A DNA stretch of 64,000 nt from an uncultured Alphaproteobacteria bacterium. GTDB taxonomy: Bacteria; Pseudomonadota; Alphaproteobacteria; Rhizobiales; Beijerinckiaceae. The notes under the pieces were generated by a model. That model saw only the letters and a list, made by a program, of their open reading frames with translations, was not told the DNA's origin and did no database searches. Below, piece after piece: positions 45,381 through 56,732 of this stretch. The position numbers were made by a program, and so were the translations under genes. Each line of letters begins with the position of its first letter. Position 1 is the first letter of the stretch. The stretch is taken from NCBI GenBank assembly GCA_963836695.1, contig CAWIKX010000013.1, forward strand, positions 132,231 to 196,230, read 5' to 3'.

Positions 45381-46538
45381 ATGATCCGATTGTCCGTCGT
45401 CGTCGCCGCCCTTGCCTTGGCGCCGCTCACCGCCACCGCCGGAGATCTCACCGGTCAGGAGATTCGCATCGGCGTTGCTGGTCCGCTGACGACCCCCTCG
45501 GCGACGTTCGGCGTAGAGATGCGCCAGGCGGTCGATCTCGCAATCGACGAGCGGAATGGGGCGGGCGGCCTTCTCGGCGGAAAGGTCGTGGCGGCGGTAA
45601 TCGACGATCAGGCGGACGCCGAGAATGGAAAGGCCGCGGCCAAGGCGCTCTGCGATGATCCGCGCGTGCTCGCTGTCGTCGGCCATGTGAACAGCGGGGT
45701 CATGCTTGCGAGTGAGAAGGTTTACGCGGACTGCGGCCTTCCGATCGTGACCCCGATGGCTTCCAATCCGGCGATTACTGAGCAGGGATTGGCGAATGTC
45801 TTCCGGCTCACCAACCGCGACGACCATAAAGGTCCGGCTCTGGCGCGCTGGCTCACGACCAAGATGGGCAAGAAAGCGGCTGTGGTGGTCGACGACGGCA
45901 CGCCGTATGGCAAGGGGATCGCCGATCAGTTCTCGAGCGGCTTCGACACCGCTGGGGGCGCCATTGTCAAGCGTTGGACAGCCAAGGCAGGCCAGACCGA
46001 TTTCACCGCTGAGCTAGCCGAATTGCCGAAGGATTTCGACGTCATGTTCTTCGGCGGCATCAAGGAGGGCGCCTACCTGCTCAAGGACATGCGCAAGGCC
46101 GGCTTGAACCAGGTGTTCGCTTGTGGCGATGGCTGCTGGAGCGTCGGGGGCTTCATCAAGCCGGCGGAAGGCGCCGCGACGTCGGGGGAGGGTGTCCGCG
46201 TCCTCTCGGCCGCGCCCGCCGTCGGCAAGGTCCCCGGCTCAGCTGAATTCGCCGACCACTACAAGGCCCGTTTCGGGCCGATCAACAATTACGCTGCGAG
46301 CTCCTACGACAGCGCGCGCGTCGTTATGAGCGCAATTGAGGGCGCGGCGAAGAAGAAGGGCGGAACGCCGGATCGCGCCGAGGTGCTCGCCGCGCTGAAG
46401 GACATCAAGTTTCAAGGCGTCGCCTACGCCGCGCCTGAGGCCTTCAACACGAAGGGCGACAATATTGCGGCTGTCATCTTCGTCAACGATGTTGACGGCG
46501 AGCGCTTCCGCGAGATCGACCAAATTGGCGGACGCTAG
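45381..46538 (+). CDS. branched-chain amino-acid-type ABC substrate-binding protein (LivJ/LivK family), orphan
   Basis: The ATG at 45381 lies 5 nt after GGAGG. It has a signal peptide and then IRIGVAGPLTTPSATFG, typical of the Leu/Ile/Val-binding family. No cognate permease or ATPase is adjacent. Confidence 0.8.
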   Translation: MIRLSVVVAALALAPLTATAGDLTGQEIRIGVAGPLTTPSATFGVEMRQAVDLAIDERNGAGGLLGGKVVAAVIDDQADAENGKAAAKALCDDPRVLAVVGHVNSGVMLASEKVYADCGLPIVTPMASNPAITEQGLANVFRLTNRDDHKGPALARWLTTKMGKKAAVVVDDGTPYGKGIADQFSSGFDTAGGAIVKRWTAKAGQTDFTAELAELPKDFDVMFFGGIKEGAYLLKDMRKAGLNQVFACGDGCWSVGGFIKPAEGAATSGEGVRVLSAAPAVGKVPGSAEFADHYKARFGPINNYAASSYDSARVVMSAIEGAAKKKGGTPDRAEVLAALKDIKFQGVAYAAPEAFNTKGDNIAAVIFVNDVDGERFREIDQIGGR

Positions 46539-47887
46539 AGCGCGGCTCTCCTGTTTTCTTGGCGCCCCTGCGTTTCGTAATGCAAGAGAGCGTTGACGTC
46601 GGCATCGGCCACATCGGGGTATCGCGCGAGATAGCCCGCGGTCGAGAAAATTGGCCCGGGGTCTCGGCCCTCCCGACCTCCATGAAACAGATAGTGGAAT
46701 GCGGCGTCCATTCCCGCCGCGCGAACATCTGGGTTGGTTTCGAGGTAGTGCGTGGAGTTGAAAAACAGCGAGTTGCGAATGACCTTAAGAGCCTTGGCGT
46801 TCGCAGCCGCTTTTGAGCGCAGTTTCCAAAAGAAACCAGACCCGCTCCTGGTCGAAATGCGGCTTCTCGACCTGCCTCGATCCATGATTTCCTTGGCGCG
46901 CTCAATGTCCGCGGCCGCTCGCGATCGGATTCGATGAACCTCTTCAGCGACCTCGCGCATAGGCATGTCAAAAATCGCCGAGGCGGTTTCGAGACTCGCG
47001 CGCAGATCGTCAAGTGTTCTCAAGGCGCGGTTGTCCCCAGGGTCGTGGACAAGGTCCCTCATTGCCGCGTAGGTCTGTCGGACCAAATCGTTGATCGCGG
47101 GATGCGCCCTCAGATCCGCTTCGCTCGCCCTTTGGTGTCTGAGATCGGTCGACACGAACCGATCGACGTCAGCAAGAGCGGTTTCACTCCAATAGGGCCA
47201 CGCCACCCCTAGGTGTTCGTTGGCTCGCGCGAGCGCCTTGCGGCTGTCGCCCAGAAATTCAGACCAATCCAGGACAGCGCGAGCCATGCCGCGAGTTTCG
47301 GCCTCTGCGTCCAGAACGTGGCGCAACCAGAGGAGACATCCATAGGCGGGACTGAGTCCGTCACGGCGTTCGAGCGACCAGGTGACTTCGAGCGGCGACC
47401 TGATCGGCAGAAGCGCTCGGACCGACCATTTGGCCTCTTCAAACACAGGACGCCAGAACGGCATGAGTCGGCACATACGCGGGTCTTTCATGACCGCGAA
47501 TCCGACATCCCCGAATTCGTCCGCAAGGGCCGCTTTTGCGCGGACGTGTAACGCGTCGGCCTTCAAAGCGCTGATCTTGTCAACGTCGAATTTACGCCAA
47601 TCCTTCCAATCGCTTCCACCGGCGGCGAGAATGGCGTCGTTGAGCTCCTTAATGACGGGAGATTCGCAATATCCCTTCTCATTGTTGACGCTTGGCGCCA
47701 TCAAATGCCTAGGCGCGGCGCCGCCAAGACGAACGAGGGTTCCGGCAGCGCTTGACGTCCCGCTGCGATGCATACCCAATACGACCACTACGGTCGTGTT
47801 CAAACATTCGGCGTCAAAGGTTGGATGACCGACGCTAACGAACAAGCACACGACTCCCGGGGAGGGCAAAGCGCCACTCCCCTGCAA
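46535..47887 (-). CDS. sulfotransferase-family protein with C-terminal repeat region
   Basis: The PAPS-binding-like P-loop VVVLGMHRSGTS is near the N-terminus. The C-terminus carries two copies of an F..(T/S)xYLxxxPDV...HYxxxGxxE(G/N)R motif. The start codon is uncertain: the track start is TTG 47887, and other TTG/GTG codons are possible. Confidence 0.65.
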   Translation of the reverse strand: MQGSGALPSPGVVCLFVSVGHPTFDAECLNTTVVVVLGMHRSGTSSAAGTLVRLGGAAPRHLMAPSVNNEKGYCESPVIKELNDAILAAGGSDWKDWRKFDVDKISALKADALHVRAKAALADEFGDVGFAVMKDPRMCRLMPFWRPVFEEAKWSVRALLPIRSPLEVTWSLERRDGLSPAYGCLLWLRHVLDAEAETRGMARAVLDWSEFLGDSRKALARANEHLGVAWPYWSETALADVDRFVSTDLRHQRASEADLRAHPAINDLVRQTYAAMRDLVHDPGDNRALRTLDDLRASLETASAIFDMPMREVAEEVHRIRSRAAADIERAKEIMDRGRSRSRISTRSGSGFFWKLRSKAAANAKALKVIRNSLFFNSTHYLETNPDVRAAGMDAAFHYLFHGGREGRDPGPIFSTAGYLARYPDVADADVNALLHYETQGRQENRRAAL

Positions 47888-48106
47888 GGAAGCTGCGACT
47901 CGGCGCCGTTGAATCAGTCACCAAACTATCGGTATGACTTCGAGTTCCGCAACGGAGGAAGTCGGTTGATCTGATAACGAATTGGTGAACGATTTACTAA
48001 ACTCTGCGGAACGCGGCAGATCGCAGCGTACAAAAGACCGTGTCTACTGTCGCCTTCGCCGAGGGCGGCTGCGACTTCGGGGGATGGAAGGAGGGCGACC
48101 AGAGGT

Positions 48107-49690
<1,584 letters not shown>

Positions 49691-49945
49691 CTTTGAATTT
49701 TCGGGGAAGGAGCGCCCTTTACTTAGTGCGGATGGGCCAGAGAGGGAAGAGCGAAGGCGCTCCCTCAATTGTCTCGCCTCGGTGAGGAGCGCCACGGTCT
49801 CCCAACCGATCAACGAACGCTTGAATCTACCGTTGGATTTAAGCGCGCGGAGTATTGTGTCATCCGTTCGGTATGGGCTATGAACTCAATGTTGACGCGC
49901 TCGCAAAAGCAGGGATGAGACCGCTGTGCCGCGCGTGGAGGAGGA

Positions 49946-50977
49946 ATGGATCGCAAGTGGCTGCCGCTCAACGCGCTTAGAGCGTTCGAAGCGGCCGGAC
50001 AACATCTCAGCTTCACCGCCGCCGCCAACAGCCTGACGGTCGCGCAGAGCGCGGTCAGCCGTCACGTGATCGTACTCGAGAATTTTCTAGGCGTGGCGCT
50101 GTTCGAGCGGCGCCCCCAACAGCTGGTGCTCACTGAGGCGGGGCGGCACATTCTGCCTGTCGTTTCGAAGTCCTTCGACCGCATCGACCAGGCGCTTGGC
50201 GAGGTGATCAAGGAAAAGGGTCGGCCGAAACGGGTGCTCAAGGTCGCGCTGCCGACCTCGTTCGCTCATCGGCTCGCCATTCCGATCTTGCGCGATTTCC
50301 GCTCAGAGAATGCCGGCATCTCGCTCGAGATCGTCTCGAAGCCGACCACCGGTCCGGAGGTGGACGGCGACATCGACATCGCCATCGTCTATTCCGAGCC
50401 CCGCGTCACGGACGCGATCCATGACCTCTTATGGATGGTGCGCTCCACTCTTCTGTGCAGCCCGAAGCTGCTCGAAGGGATCGACACCAGCGACCTAGGA
50501 CGGCTGATCGCCGCCAGCGACCTCCTGCATCTCAAGATTGACGGCCGGTCTCGCCACTTCTTCTGGGAAATGTTTGTGCGCTCGATCGGACGTCCTGATA
50601 TCGCGGTCGATCGGGGCCTCGTGTTCGATACGCAGCAACTCGCAGCCCAGTATGCGATGATGGGCGACGGACTCGCGCTGCTTGATCCACTGCTGTTCCA
50701 TGAGGAGATCAAGGCCGGCCGGCTGGTGCGTCCCTTCGACCTCTGGCTCGACGAAGGCTACGGCTATTATCTCACCACCCATCCCGAGGATCTGAGCAAC
50801 GAGGCGGTGGCCTTGTTCCGCTCCTGGCTCATCGCGCGATTTGCGAGCGGCGCGCCGCCCCCAACGCCCGAGTCGGAACACGCGGCCGACGCGCTTAAGT
50901 CGCAAGCCCCGCCAGCCGAGGCCCCGAGGCCGCAAGCCGCCCCGGCCGAGCCGCCAAAGCTGCGCGCGGCGAAATAG
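49946..50977 (+). CDS. LysR-family transcriptional regulator (GcvA-like) with Pro/Ala-rich C-terminal tail
   Basis: The N-terminal HTH is LNALRAFEAAGQHLSFTAAANSLTVAQSAVSRHV, followed by a LysR substrate domain. The last ~45 aa are low-complexity (PPPTPESE...APPAEAPRPQAAPAEPPK). Confidence 0.85.
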   Translation: MDRKWLPLNALRAFEAAGQHLSFTAAANSLTVAQSAVSRHVIVLENFLGVALFERRPQQLVLTEAGRHILPVVSKSFDRIDQALGEVIKEKGRPKRVLKVALPTSFAHRLAIPILRDFRSENAGISLEIVSKPTTGPEVDGDIDIAIVYSEPRVTDAIHDLLWMVRSTLLCSPKLLEGIDTSDLGRLIAASDLLHLKIDGRSRHFFWEMFVRSIGRPDIAVDRGLVFDTQQLAAQYAMMGDGLALLDPLLFHEEIKAGRLVRPFDLWLDEGYGYYLTTHPEDLSNEAVALFRSWLIARFASGAPPPTPESEHAADALKSQAPPAEAPRPQAAPAEPPKLRAAK

Positions 50978-51113
50978 CAGCGCGAGAAGCTCCGGCGCGA
51001 TTTGGCATGTCATATCGCCATTTTGGCGCGCGCGGACTTGTGGCGACTCCGCTAGAACAAGCTCCAGGGGCGAATCGCGGTCGGCGCTATCCGCCGCGAA
51101 TCTGGAGACCTTA

Positions 51114-52661
51114 ATGACGACGGAAACGCCGCAGGAGACGGGCCGCCGCCGCAGGCGCGCGACCGAACGCGGCGGAGGCTCCGTCTCCGTGCCTCCTGGC
51201 CAGCCGCAGCTGCCGTTCCCGCCGCTTGAGCTTATCTCGCGCGACGAGCTCGAATCGATCCATCTAGCAGCGCTCAACGTGCTCAAAGAGATCGGGATGG
51301 ACTTCCTGCATGACGAGGCGCGCGCAATCCTGAAACAAGTGGGCGCTGACGTCGATCCTGCCTCGCGTCGCGTTCGGTTCGATCCCGACCTCGTCCAGGC
51401 TCACATCGGGCTCGCGCCGCGGGAATTCAGGCTGCATGCGCGCAGTTCCGCACGCGATCTCTCGATTGGCGGGCGGCATGTCGCTTTTGGGACGGTGGCG
51501 AGCGCCCCCAATTCGTTTGATCGCGCGGGAGGGAGGCGGCCAGGCAACCGGCGCGACTATCAGAATTTCATCCGCCTCGGGCAGAGCTTCGATTCGATTC
51601 ATTTCATCGCCGGCTATCCGGTCGAGCCGATCGACATTCCCGCCTCGACCCGCCATCTCGATGCGCTCTTCGACATGCTGACGCTGTCCGACAAGCCGGT
51701 GCACGCCTACAGTCTCGGGCGCGAGCGCAACCTGGACGCCATCGAGATGGTCAAGATTGCGCGCGGGCTCGATGATGAGGGGCTCGAGCGCGAGCCATCG
51801 CTGTTCACGGTCATCAACTCGTCGTCGCCATTGAGGCTCGACACGCCGATGGTGGAAGGAATCATCCAGATGGCGCGCCGCAACCAAGTGGTGGTGATGA
51901 CGCCGTTCACCCTTGCGGGCGCGATGGCGCCTGTGACGCTCGCCGGCGCGCTCGCCCAGCAGCACGCCGAGGCGCTTGCGGGCCTTGTCATGACCCAGGC
52001 CGTGCGGCCGGGAACCCCCTTCGTCTATGGCGGATTCACTTCGAACGTGGACATGAAGTCGGGCGCGCCGGCCTTCGGCACGCCGGAATATATGAAAACC
52101 GCAGTCGTCGGTGGGCAGCTGGCGCGACGCCTTGGGCTCCCTTATCGCTCCTCGAACGCCAACGCCGCCAATTCGCTCGACGCCCAGGCCGCTTACGAAA
52201 GCGTGTTCTCGCTGTGGGGGGCGATCATGGGCGGCGTCAACTTTCTCATGCATGGCGCGGGCTGGATGGAGGGTGGGTTGCAAGCTTCGTTCGAGAAGAT
52301 GGCGCTCGACGCCGATCTTCTTGCGATGGTCGCCGAGTTCTTGCGGCCGCTGCGCGTCGATGAGGCTGAGCTGGCTCTCGAGGCGATGCGGGAGGTCGGC
52401 CCCGGCGGACATTTCTTCGGCGCTGAGCACACCCAGTCGCGCTACCGCACCGCCTTTTTTCCGCCCAGCATCTCCGACTGGCGCAACTATGAAACTTGGC
52501 GCGAGGCCGGCTCCCCGACCGCGGTCGACGCGGCTGAGCGCATCGTCGCCAATCGCCTGCGCGATTTTGTCGCGCCCCCGCTCGAGGTCGAGCGCCTCGA
52601 GGCGCTGACCGCCTTCGTCATCCGTCGCAAGGCGGAGGGCGGGGCGCCGACCGACTTTTGA
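51114..52661 (+). CDS. trimethylamine methyltransferase (MttB) superfamily protein, non-pyrrolysine type
   Basis: The ATG at 51114 is the preferred start; the track start 50841 overlaps the LysR gene and is unsupported. It has an Arg-rich N-terminus and then LSRDELESIHLAALNVLKEIGMDF, typical of the MttB family. The ORF has no in-frame TAG. Confidence 0.8.
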   Translation: MTTETPQETGRRRRRATERGGGSVSVPPGQPQLPFPPLELISRDELESIHLAALNVLKEIGMDFLHDEARAILKQVGADVDPASRRVRFDPDLVQAHIGLAPREFRLHARSSARDLSIGGRHVAFGTVASAPNSFDRAGGRRPGNRRDYQNFIRLGQSFDSIHFIAGYPVEPIDIPASTRHLDALFDMLTLSDKPVHAYSLGRERNLDAIEMVKIARGLDDEGLEREPSLFTVINSSSPLRLDTPMVEGIIQMARRNQVVVMTPFTLAGAMAPVTLAGALAQQHAEALAGLVMTQAVRPGTPFVYGGFTSNVDMKSGAPAFGTPEYMKTAVVGGQLARRLGLPYRSSNANAANSLDAQAAYESVFSLWGAIMGGVNFLMHGAGWMEGGLQASFEKMALDADLLAMVAEFLRPLRVDEAELALEAMREVGPGGHFFGAEHTQSRYRTAFFPPSISDWRNYETWREAGSPTAVDAAERIVANRLRDFVAPPLEVERLEALTAFVIRRKAEGGAPTDF

Positions 52662-53848
52662 GCGCCGTTTCACCGGCCAGCGCCTCCGGCTTTGGCGCCC
52701 GCCTTCATGCATCGGTCGCCGCGATCTTCTTCGCCTTGGGCGTGGGCGTCGGCCTTTGGGGAGGGGCCTCCGGCGCGATTTTGATCCGCACCGGCGTTGA
52801 CGCGTCGACATTCGGCGTCCTTCTGACCGTCTATACCGGCGCCTATCTCATCGCCATGTCAGCGGGCGGGGCGCTCGCACATCGTTTCGGAGTCGAGCAG
52901 GCGTTATCTGTCTCGGCGGTCCTGTTCGGCGCGACCCTATGCGCGCTGCTCAACGCCTCGAGCGAAACCTGGGTCGCGACCGCCCTGATCGTCTCGGGGT
53001 TCGTTGGCGGCGTGGTCGACGTACTCATGAACGCCGAGGGCGCGCGGATCGAGCGCGGGCTGGGTCGCCCGATTCTGGCCCGGCTGCATTGCGCTGCATC
53101 GGCCGGCATGGCGCTCGGCGCGATCCTCGGCAGTTTGATCGCCGTCGGGCCGGCGCCTTGGGCGGCGGGCATTCTCGCTGCCCTCGCGCTCGCCGGCGCG
53201 GGCGTCGCTTACCATCGCGCGGCCGATGCCGATCGTCCTCCTCCAGCAGTGGTCGGCTCGATCGGCCGAAGCGGATTGTCCTTCGCGCCGGCTCTGATTG
53301 GGCTTGGCGTGGTTGTCGGCGTGTCGATCGCGGCGGAACTCGCGGCTTCTGTGTGGTCGACTTTGCTGCTGCGCGAGGAAGCGCCGAGGCTGGCGGCGAT
53401 TTCCGGCCTCGGCGCCGCGTTCTTTTCCGCCTGCCAGGCTGCATTGCGCTTCAACGTCGATGCAATCCGTCTTCGCGTCAGCGACCTTCGCCTCGTTACC
53501 GTTTCGTTCGCGATCGCCGCCGCCGGCTTCGCTCTCGTCAGCGTACAGGCGGGGTTCGCGGCGAGCGTCGCGGGCTTCGCTTTGATCGGCCTCGGCACGG
53601 GCCCTATCGTACCATGCGGCTTCGCGCTGGCCGCGCGTCATGCGGCGGCCGGACCTGCAGTGGGACTCGCCTCCGCCTCGCTGTTCAGCGCGCTGACCCG
53701 TCTTCCCGCGCCGCTCATGACCGGCGCCATTGCGCAAGCTCTGTCGCTGCCGGCGGCTTTTGGCGCCTTCGCGCTGGCGCTGGCGGTGACAGCCGCTGCG
53801 ACGGGGGTGATCGCCTCGATGAATCTCGCGCGGCGAGCGACGCGCTAA
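52658..53848 (+). CDS. MFS transporter
   Basis: 396 aa with ~12 hydrophobic helices. The TTG start overlaps the mttB-family stop. Confidence 0.7.
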   Translation: MSAVSPASASGFGARLHASVAAIFFALGVGVGLWGGASGAILIRTGVDASTFGVLLTVYTGAYLIAMSAGGALAHRFGVEQALSVSAVLFGATLCALLNASSETWVATALIVSGFVGGVVDVLMNAEGARIERGLGRPILARLHCAASAGMALGAILGSLIAVGPAPWAAGILAALALAGAGVAYHRAADADRPPPAVVGSIGRSGLSFAPALIGLGVVVGVSIAAELAASVWSTLLLREEAPRLAAISGLGAAFFSACQAALRFNVDAIRLRVSDLRLVTVSFAIAAAGFALVSVQAGFAASVAGFALIGLGTGPIVPCGFALAARHAAAGPAVGLASASLFSALTRLPAPLMTGAIAQALSLPAAFGAFALALAVTAAATGVIASMNLARRATR

Positions 53849-53945
53849 GCGTGACTGGGCCGCCCAGATCGGGGCATTGATTTGAAGCCGCCGTTATTGC
53901 AGAGGAGGCCGGCTCGCGATGGCGAGCGGCGAACCCGGGGAATGA

Positions 53946-55362
53946 ATGCCCAAGATACAGCCGGTGATCATGTGCGGCGGGTCCGGCACCCGCATGTGGC
54001 CCGAATCGCGGGAGAGCTTGCCGAAGCAGTTCATTTCCTTGATCGGGCAGCGTTCGACCTTTCAAACGATTGTCGCCCTGGTTGGCGACCCCGCCGTGTT
54101 CGAGCCGGCCGTCGTCATCACCAATCTCGACTATCGCTTTCGCGTCGCCGAGCAATTGAGGGAGATCGGCGCGGAGGCGACGGTTCTGCTCGAACCGGAG
54201 CGGCGCGATAGCGCCGCGGCCGTCGGCGCCGCAGCTGCATGGGCGGCTCAGCGCGATCCGGAAGCAGTGGTGGCCGTGCTCGCGGCCGATCATGTCTTTG
54301 AGGACGGAAAGCGATTCGCGAGCCTTTGCGCACAGGCTCATGGGGCGGCCAATGCGGGCGAGATCGTCACCTTCGGCGTCACCCCTGACCATCCCGCCAC
54401 CGGCTACGGCTACATTCATCCGGGCGCGCCGCTGGAGCTCGATCCCCATGTGCGGCGGATCGAGCGCTTCGTGGAGAAACCCGACGAAGCGCATGCCCGA
54501 GCCTTCATCGAAGACGGTTATCTCTGGAACTCGGGCAATTTCGTCTTTCGCGCCGATGTGATGCTGGAGGAGCTGCAGCGTTTCGAACCGGAGATCGCGG
54601 CTGCGACTGCGGCGGCGGTGTCGGACGCGAAAAAAGACCTTGGCTTCGTCGTCCTCGACCATGATTCCTTTGCCAAGGCGCCGAAAACCTCGATTGACTA
54701 TGCGGTGATGGAGCGAACCGACAGGGCGGTCGTGTTGACGGCTGACGTCGGGTGGTCGGACGTCGGCGAATGGTCGACGGTTTGGCGGCTCAGCCCGCGC
54801 GACGCCAATGGCAACAGCCTGCGCGGACGGGCGATGGTGATCGATTCCTCGAACGTGATGGTGCGTTCGGAAGAGCAACTGACCGCTGTCATCGGCTTGC
54901 ACGACGTGGTCGTCATCGCCACAGGCGACGCGGTCCTGGTCGCCGACCGGTCGCAGACCGCCAAGGTCAAGAAGCTCGTCGAGCGCCTCAAGGCGGAGGG
55001 CCATCCGGAAGCGACCGAGCATCGGCGCAACTACCGGCCATGGGGCTATTACCAGAGCATCGATCGGGGCGCGCGCTATCAGGTGAAACGCATCGTCGTG
55101 CGTCCCGGCGGGCGCCTCTCGCTACAAAAGCACCACCATCGGGCTGAGCATTGGGTGGTCGTGCGCGGCGCGGCCGAGGTCACGCTCAACGAGAAGGTGA
55201 CGCTCGTCCACGAGAACGAGTTCGATCTATTTGCCGATCGGCTCGACGCATCGGCTCGCCAACCCCGGCAAGATCGACATCGAGCTGATCGAGGTTCAGA
55301 CCGGCAGCTATCTCGGGGAGGATGACATCGTCCGAATCGACGATGTCTATAATCGGAAATGA
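53946..55362 (+). pseudogene. manC: mannose-1-phosphate guanylyltransferase / mannose-6-phosphate isomerase, interrupted by a +1-nt frameshift near the 3' end
   Basis: The N-terminus is MPKIQPVIMCGGSGTRMWPESRESLPKQF. After ...TLVHENE the frame is lost. Removing one T at 55221/55222 restores [46 protein letters not shown] with a stop at 55360-55362. Confidence 0.85.
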
Positions 55363-55366
55363 GGCG

Positions 55367-55395
55367 ATGGCGGCGCCGTTAAGCGGCGCCGCCAT
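55367..55395. terminator. GC-rich hairpin between convergent manC and DUF1127 genes (possible bidirectional terminator)
   Basis: ATGGCGGCGCC-gttaagc-GGCGCCGCCAT gives an 11-bp perfect stem. It sits 5 nt after the repaired manC stop and 7 nt after the DUF1127 stop. There is no clear U-tract. Confidence 0.45.
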
Positions 55396-55401
55396 TGTTG
55401 C

Positions 55402-55563
55402 TCACGCGTTCTCCTGCGAAGCGAGGCGGGCGATCTGATAGATATCGGCCCGGTCGATCCCGATGTCTTGCAACTCGCGATCGGTATACGCCGAAAGCTC
55501 CTGCAAGACGTTCCAATAGACGCGACGCGCGCGCAGGAACTTTGTAAGAGAGAACTTCTTCAT
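55402..55563 (-). CDS. DUF1127-domain small protein (53 aa), not in the supplied ORF track
   Basis: My own translation is MKKFSLTKFLRARRVYWNVLQELSAYTDRELQDIGIDRADIYQIARLASQENA*. The (S/A)xxSDRELxDIGIxRxDI core is the DUF1127 signature. RBS AAGGAGA lies 6 nt upstream. Confidence 0.75.
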   Translation of the reverse strand: MKKFSLTKFLRARRVYWNVLQELSAYTDRELQDIGIDRADIYQIARLASQENA

Positions 55564-56114
55564 GGCGGTCTCCTTTGGTTGACCGCCCTCCTGATTTCGG
55601 CCTCAGCCAATCAAGCCGCTGGATCGCTCCCTCACCTAGACGGGATCGTAGGTAGAATGCTGCGCTGCAAAAGTCAATGGTGCGATGCAATAGTAAATGT
55701 GAAAATTGCATGACTACGATGGTTGGTATCGCACTGTCGGTGATATTAGGCACTTAAATGCACGAATAATTAACCGTTTTGCTGGCCAGGAAGAGTTAGC
55801 AATGCGATTCAAGCATATCACGTCTGCTCTGCGGCTGTACTCGGCGGCGATTGGCGCCCGCGTCAGGAGCTTTTTGCTGCAAATGCGAGCAAGCCGCTCG
55901 CCCAGCGTTCACGCGAGGCGTTTGACAGCCGAGATGGAGCCATTTATGAGCGGCGGCTTCAGGCGCGCTCCCCGGCTCAACGGGAGCGCGCTTGTTGTTT
56001 GACGCACCCGTGGTCTTCAAGCCTTGCTCGGCTTAAGGCCTGTCGGCGCTTTTGCAAAAGCGCAGAGGAGGGCGCGTTCCTCGTTGCACCTGAACCGACT
56101 TTAGAGGAATCGCG

Positions 56115-56732
56115 ATGACGAAGCGCGCGGAAGCGAAATACAAGATCGATCGCCGGATGGGCGAGAATATTTGGGGACGCCCCCGCAGTCCCTTCAACAA
56201 GCGTGAATATGGCCCCGGCCAGCATGGCCAGCGGCGCAAAGGCAAGGCGACCGACTTCGGCACCCAGCTCAAGGCCAAGCAGAAGGTCAAAGGCTACTAC
56301 GGCAATATTTCGGAGCGTCAGTTCCACAAATATTATGTCGAGGCGCTCCGCCTCAAGGGCAACTCCAGCGCCAACCTCATTGGCCTCCTCGAGCGCCGGC
56401 TGGACGCGCTGATCTACCGAGCTAAATTCGTGCCGACCGTGTTCGCCGCGCGCCAGTTCGTCAACCACGGCCACATCAGGGTCAACGGCCGGCGGGTCAA
56501 CATCCCTTCCTATCAGGTCAGGGTCGGCGATCTCATCGAGATCAAGGAATCCTCGCGCCAAATGAACTTGGTGCTCGAGGCCAACGGGCTGGCCGAGCGG
56601 GACGTGCCCGACTATGTCGAAGTCGATCACGCCAAGGGCACCGCCAAGCTCACTCGCGTTCCCGGGCTCTCCGAGGTGCCGTACCCGACGCATATGGAGC
56701 CGAACCTGGTCATCGAGTTCTATTCGCGCTGA
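56115..56732 (+). CDS. rpsD: 30S ribosomal protein S4
   Basis: 205 aa with the [15 protein letters not shown]... zinc-less N-terminus and the S4 RNA-binding domain ([44 protein letters not shown]). Confidence 0.95.
   Translation: MTKRAEAKYKIDRRMGENIWGRPRSPFNKREYGPGQHGQRRKGKATDFGTQLKAKQKVKGYYGNISERQFHKYYVEALRLKGNSSANLIGLLERRLDALIYRAKFVPTVFAARQFVNHGHIRVNGRRVNIPSYQVRVGDLIEIKESSRQMNLVLEANGLAERDVPDYVEVDHAKGTAKLTRVPGLSEVPYPTHMEPNLVIEFYSR

Noticed and set aside
49691-49813. 41-codon extension of prfC.
   Set aside because: RF3 homology starts at MMTEPNPVARRRTFAIISHPDAGKT. The upstream codons look non-coding.
50841-51113. 5' extension of the MttB-family ORF that overlaps the end of the LysR gene by 137 nt.
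   Set aside because: The extension is an Arg/Pro/Ser-rich read-through of the LysR tail region in another frame. Family-like sequence begins only after the ATG at 51114.
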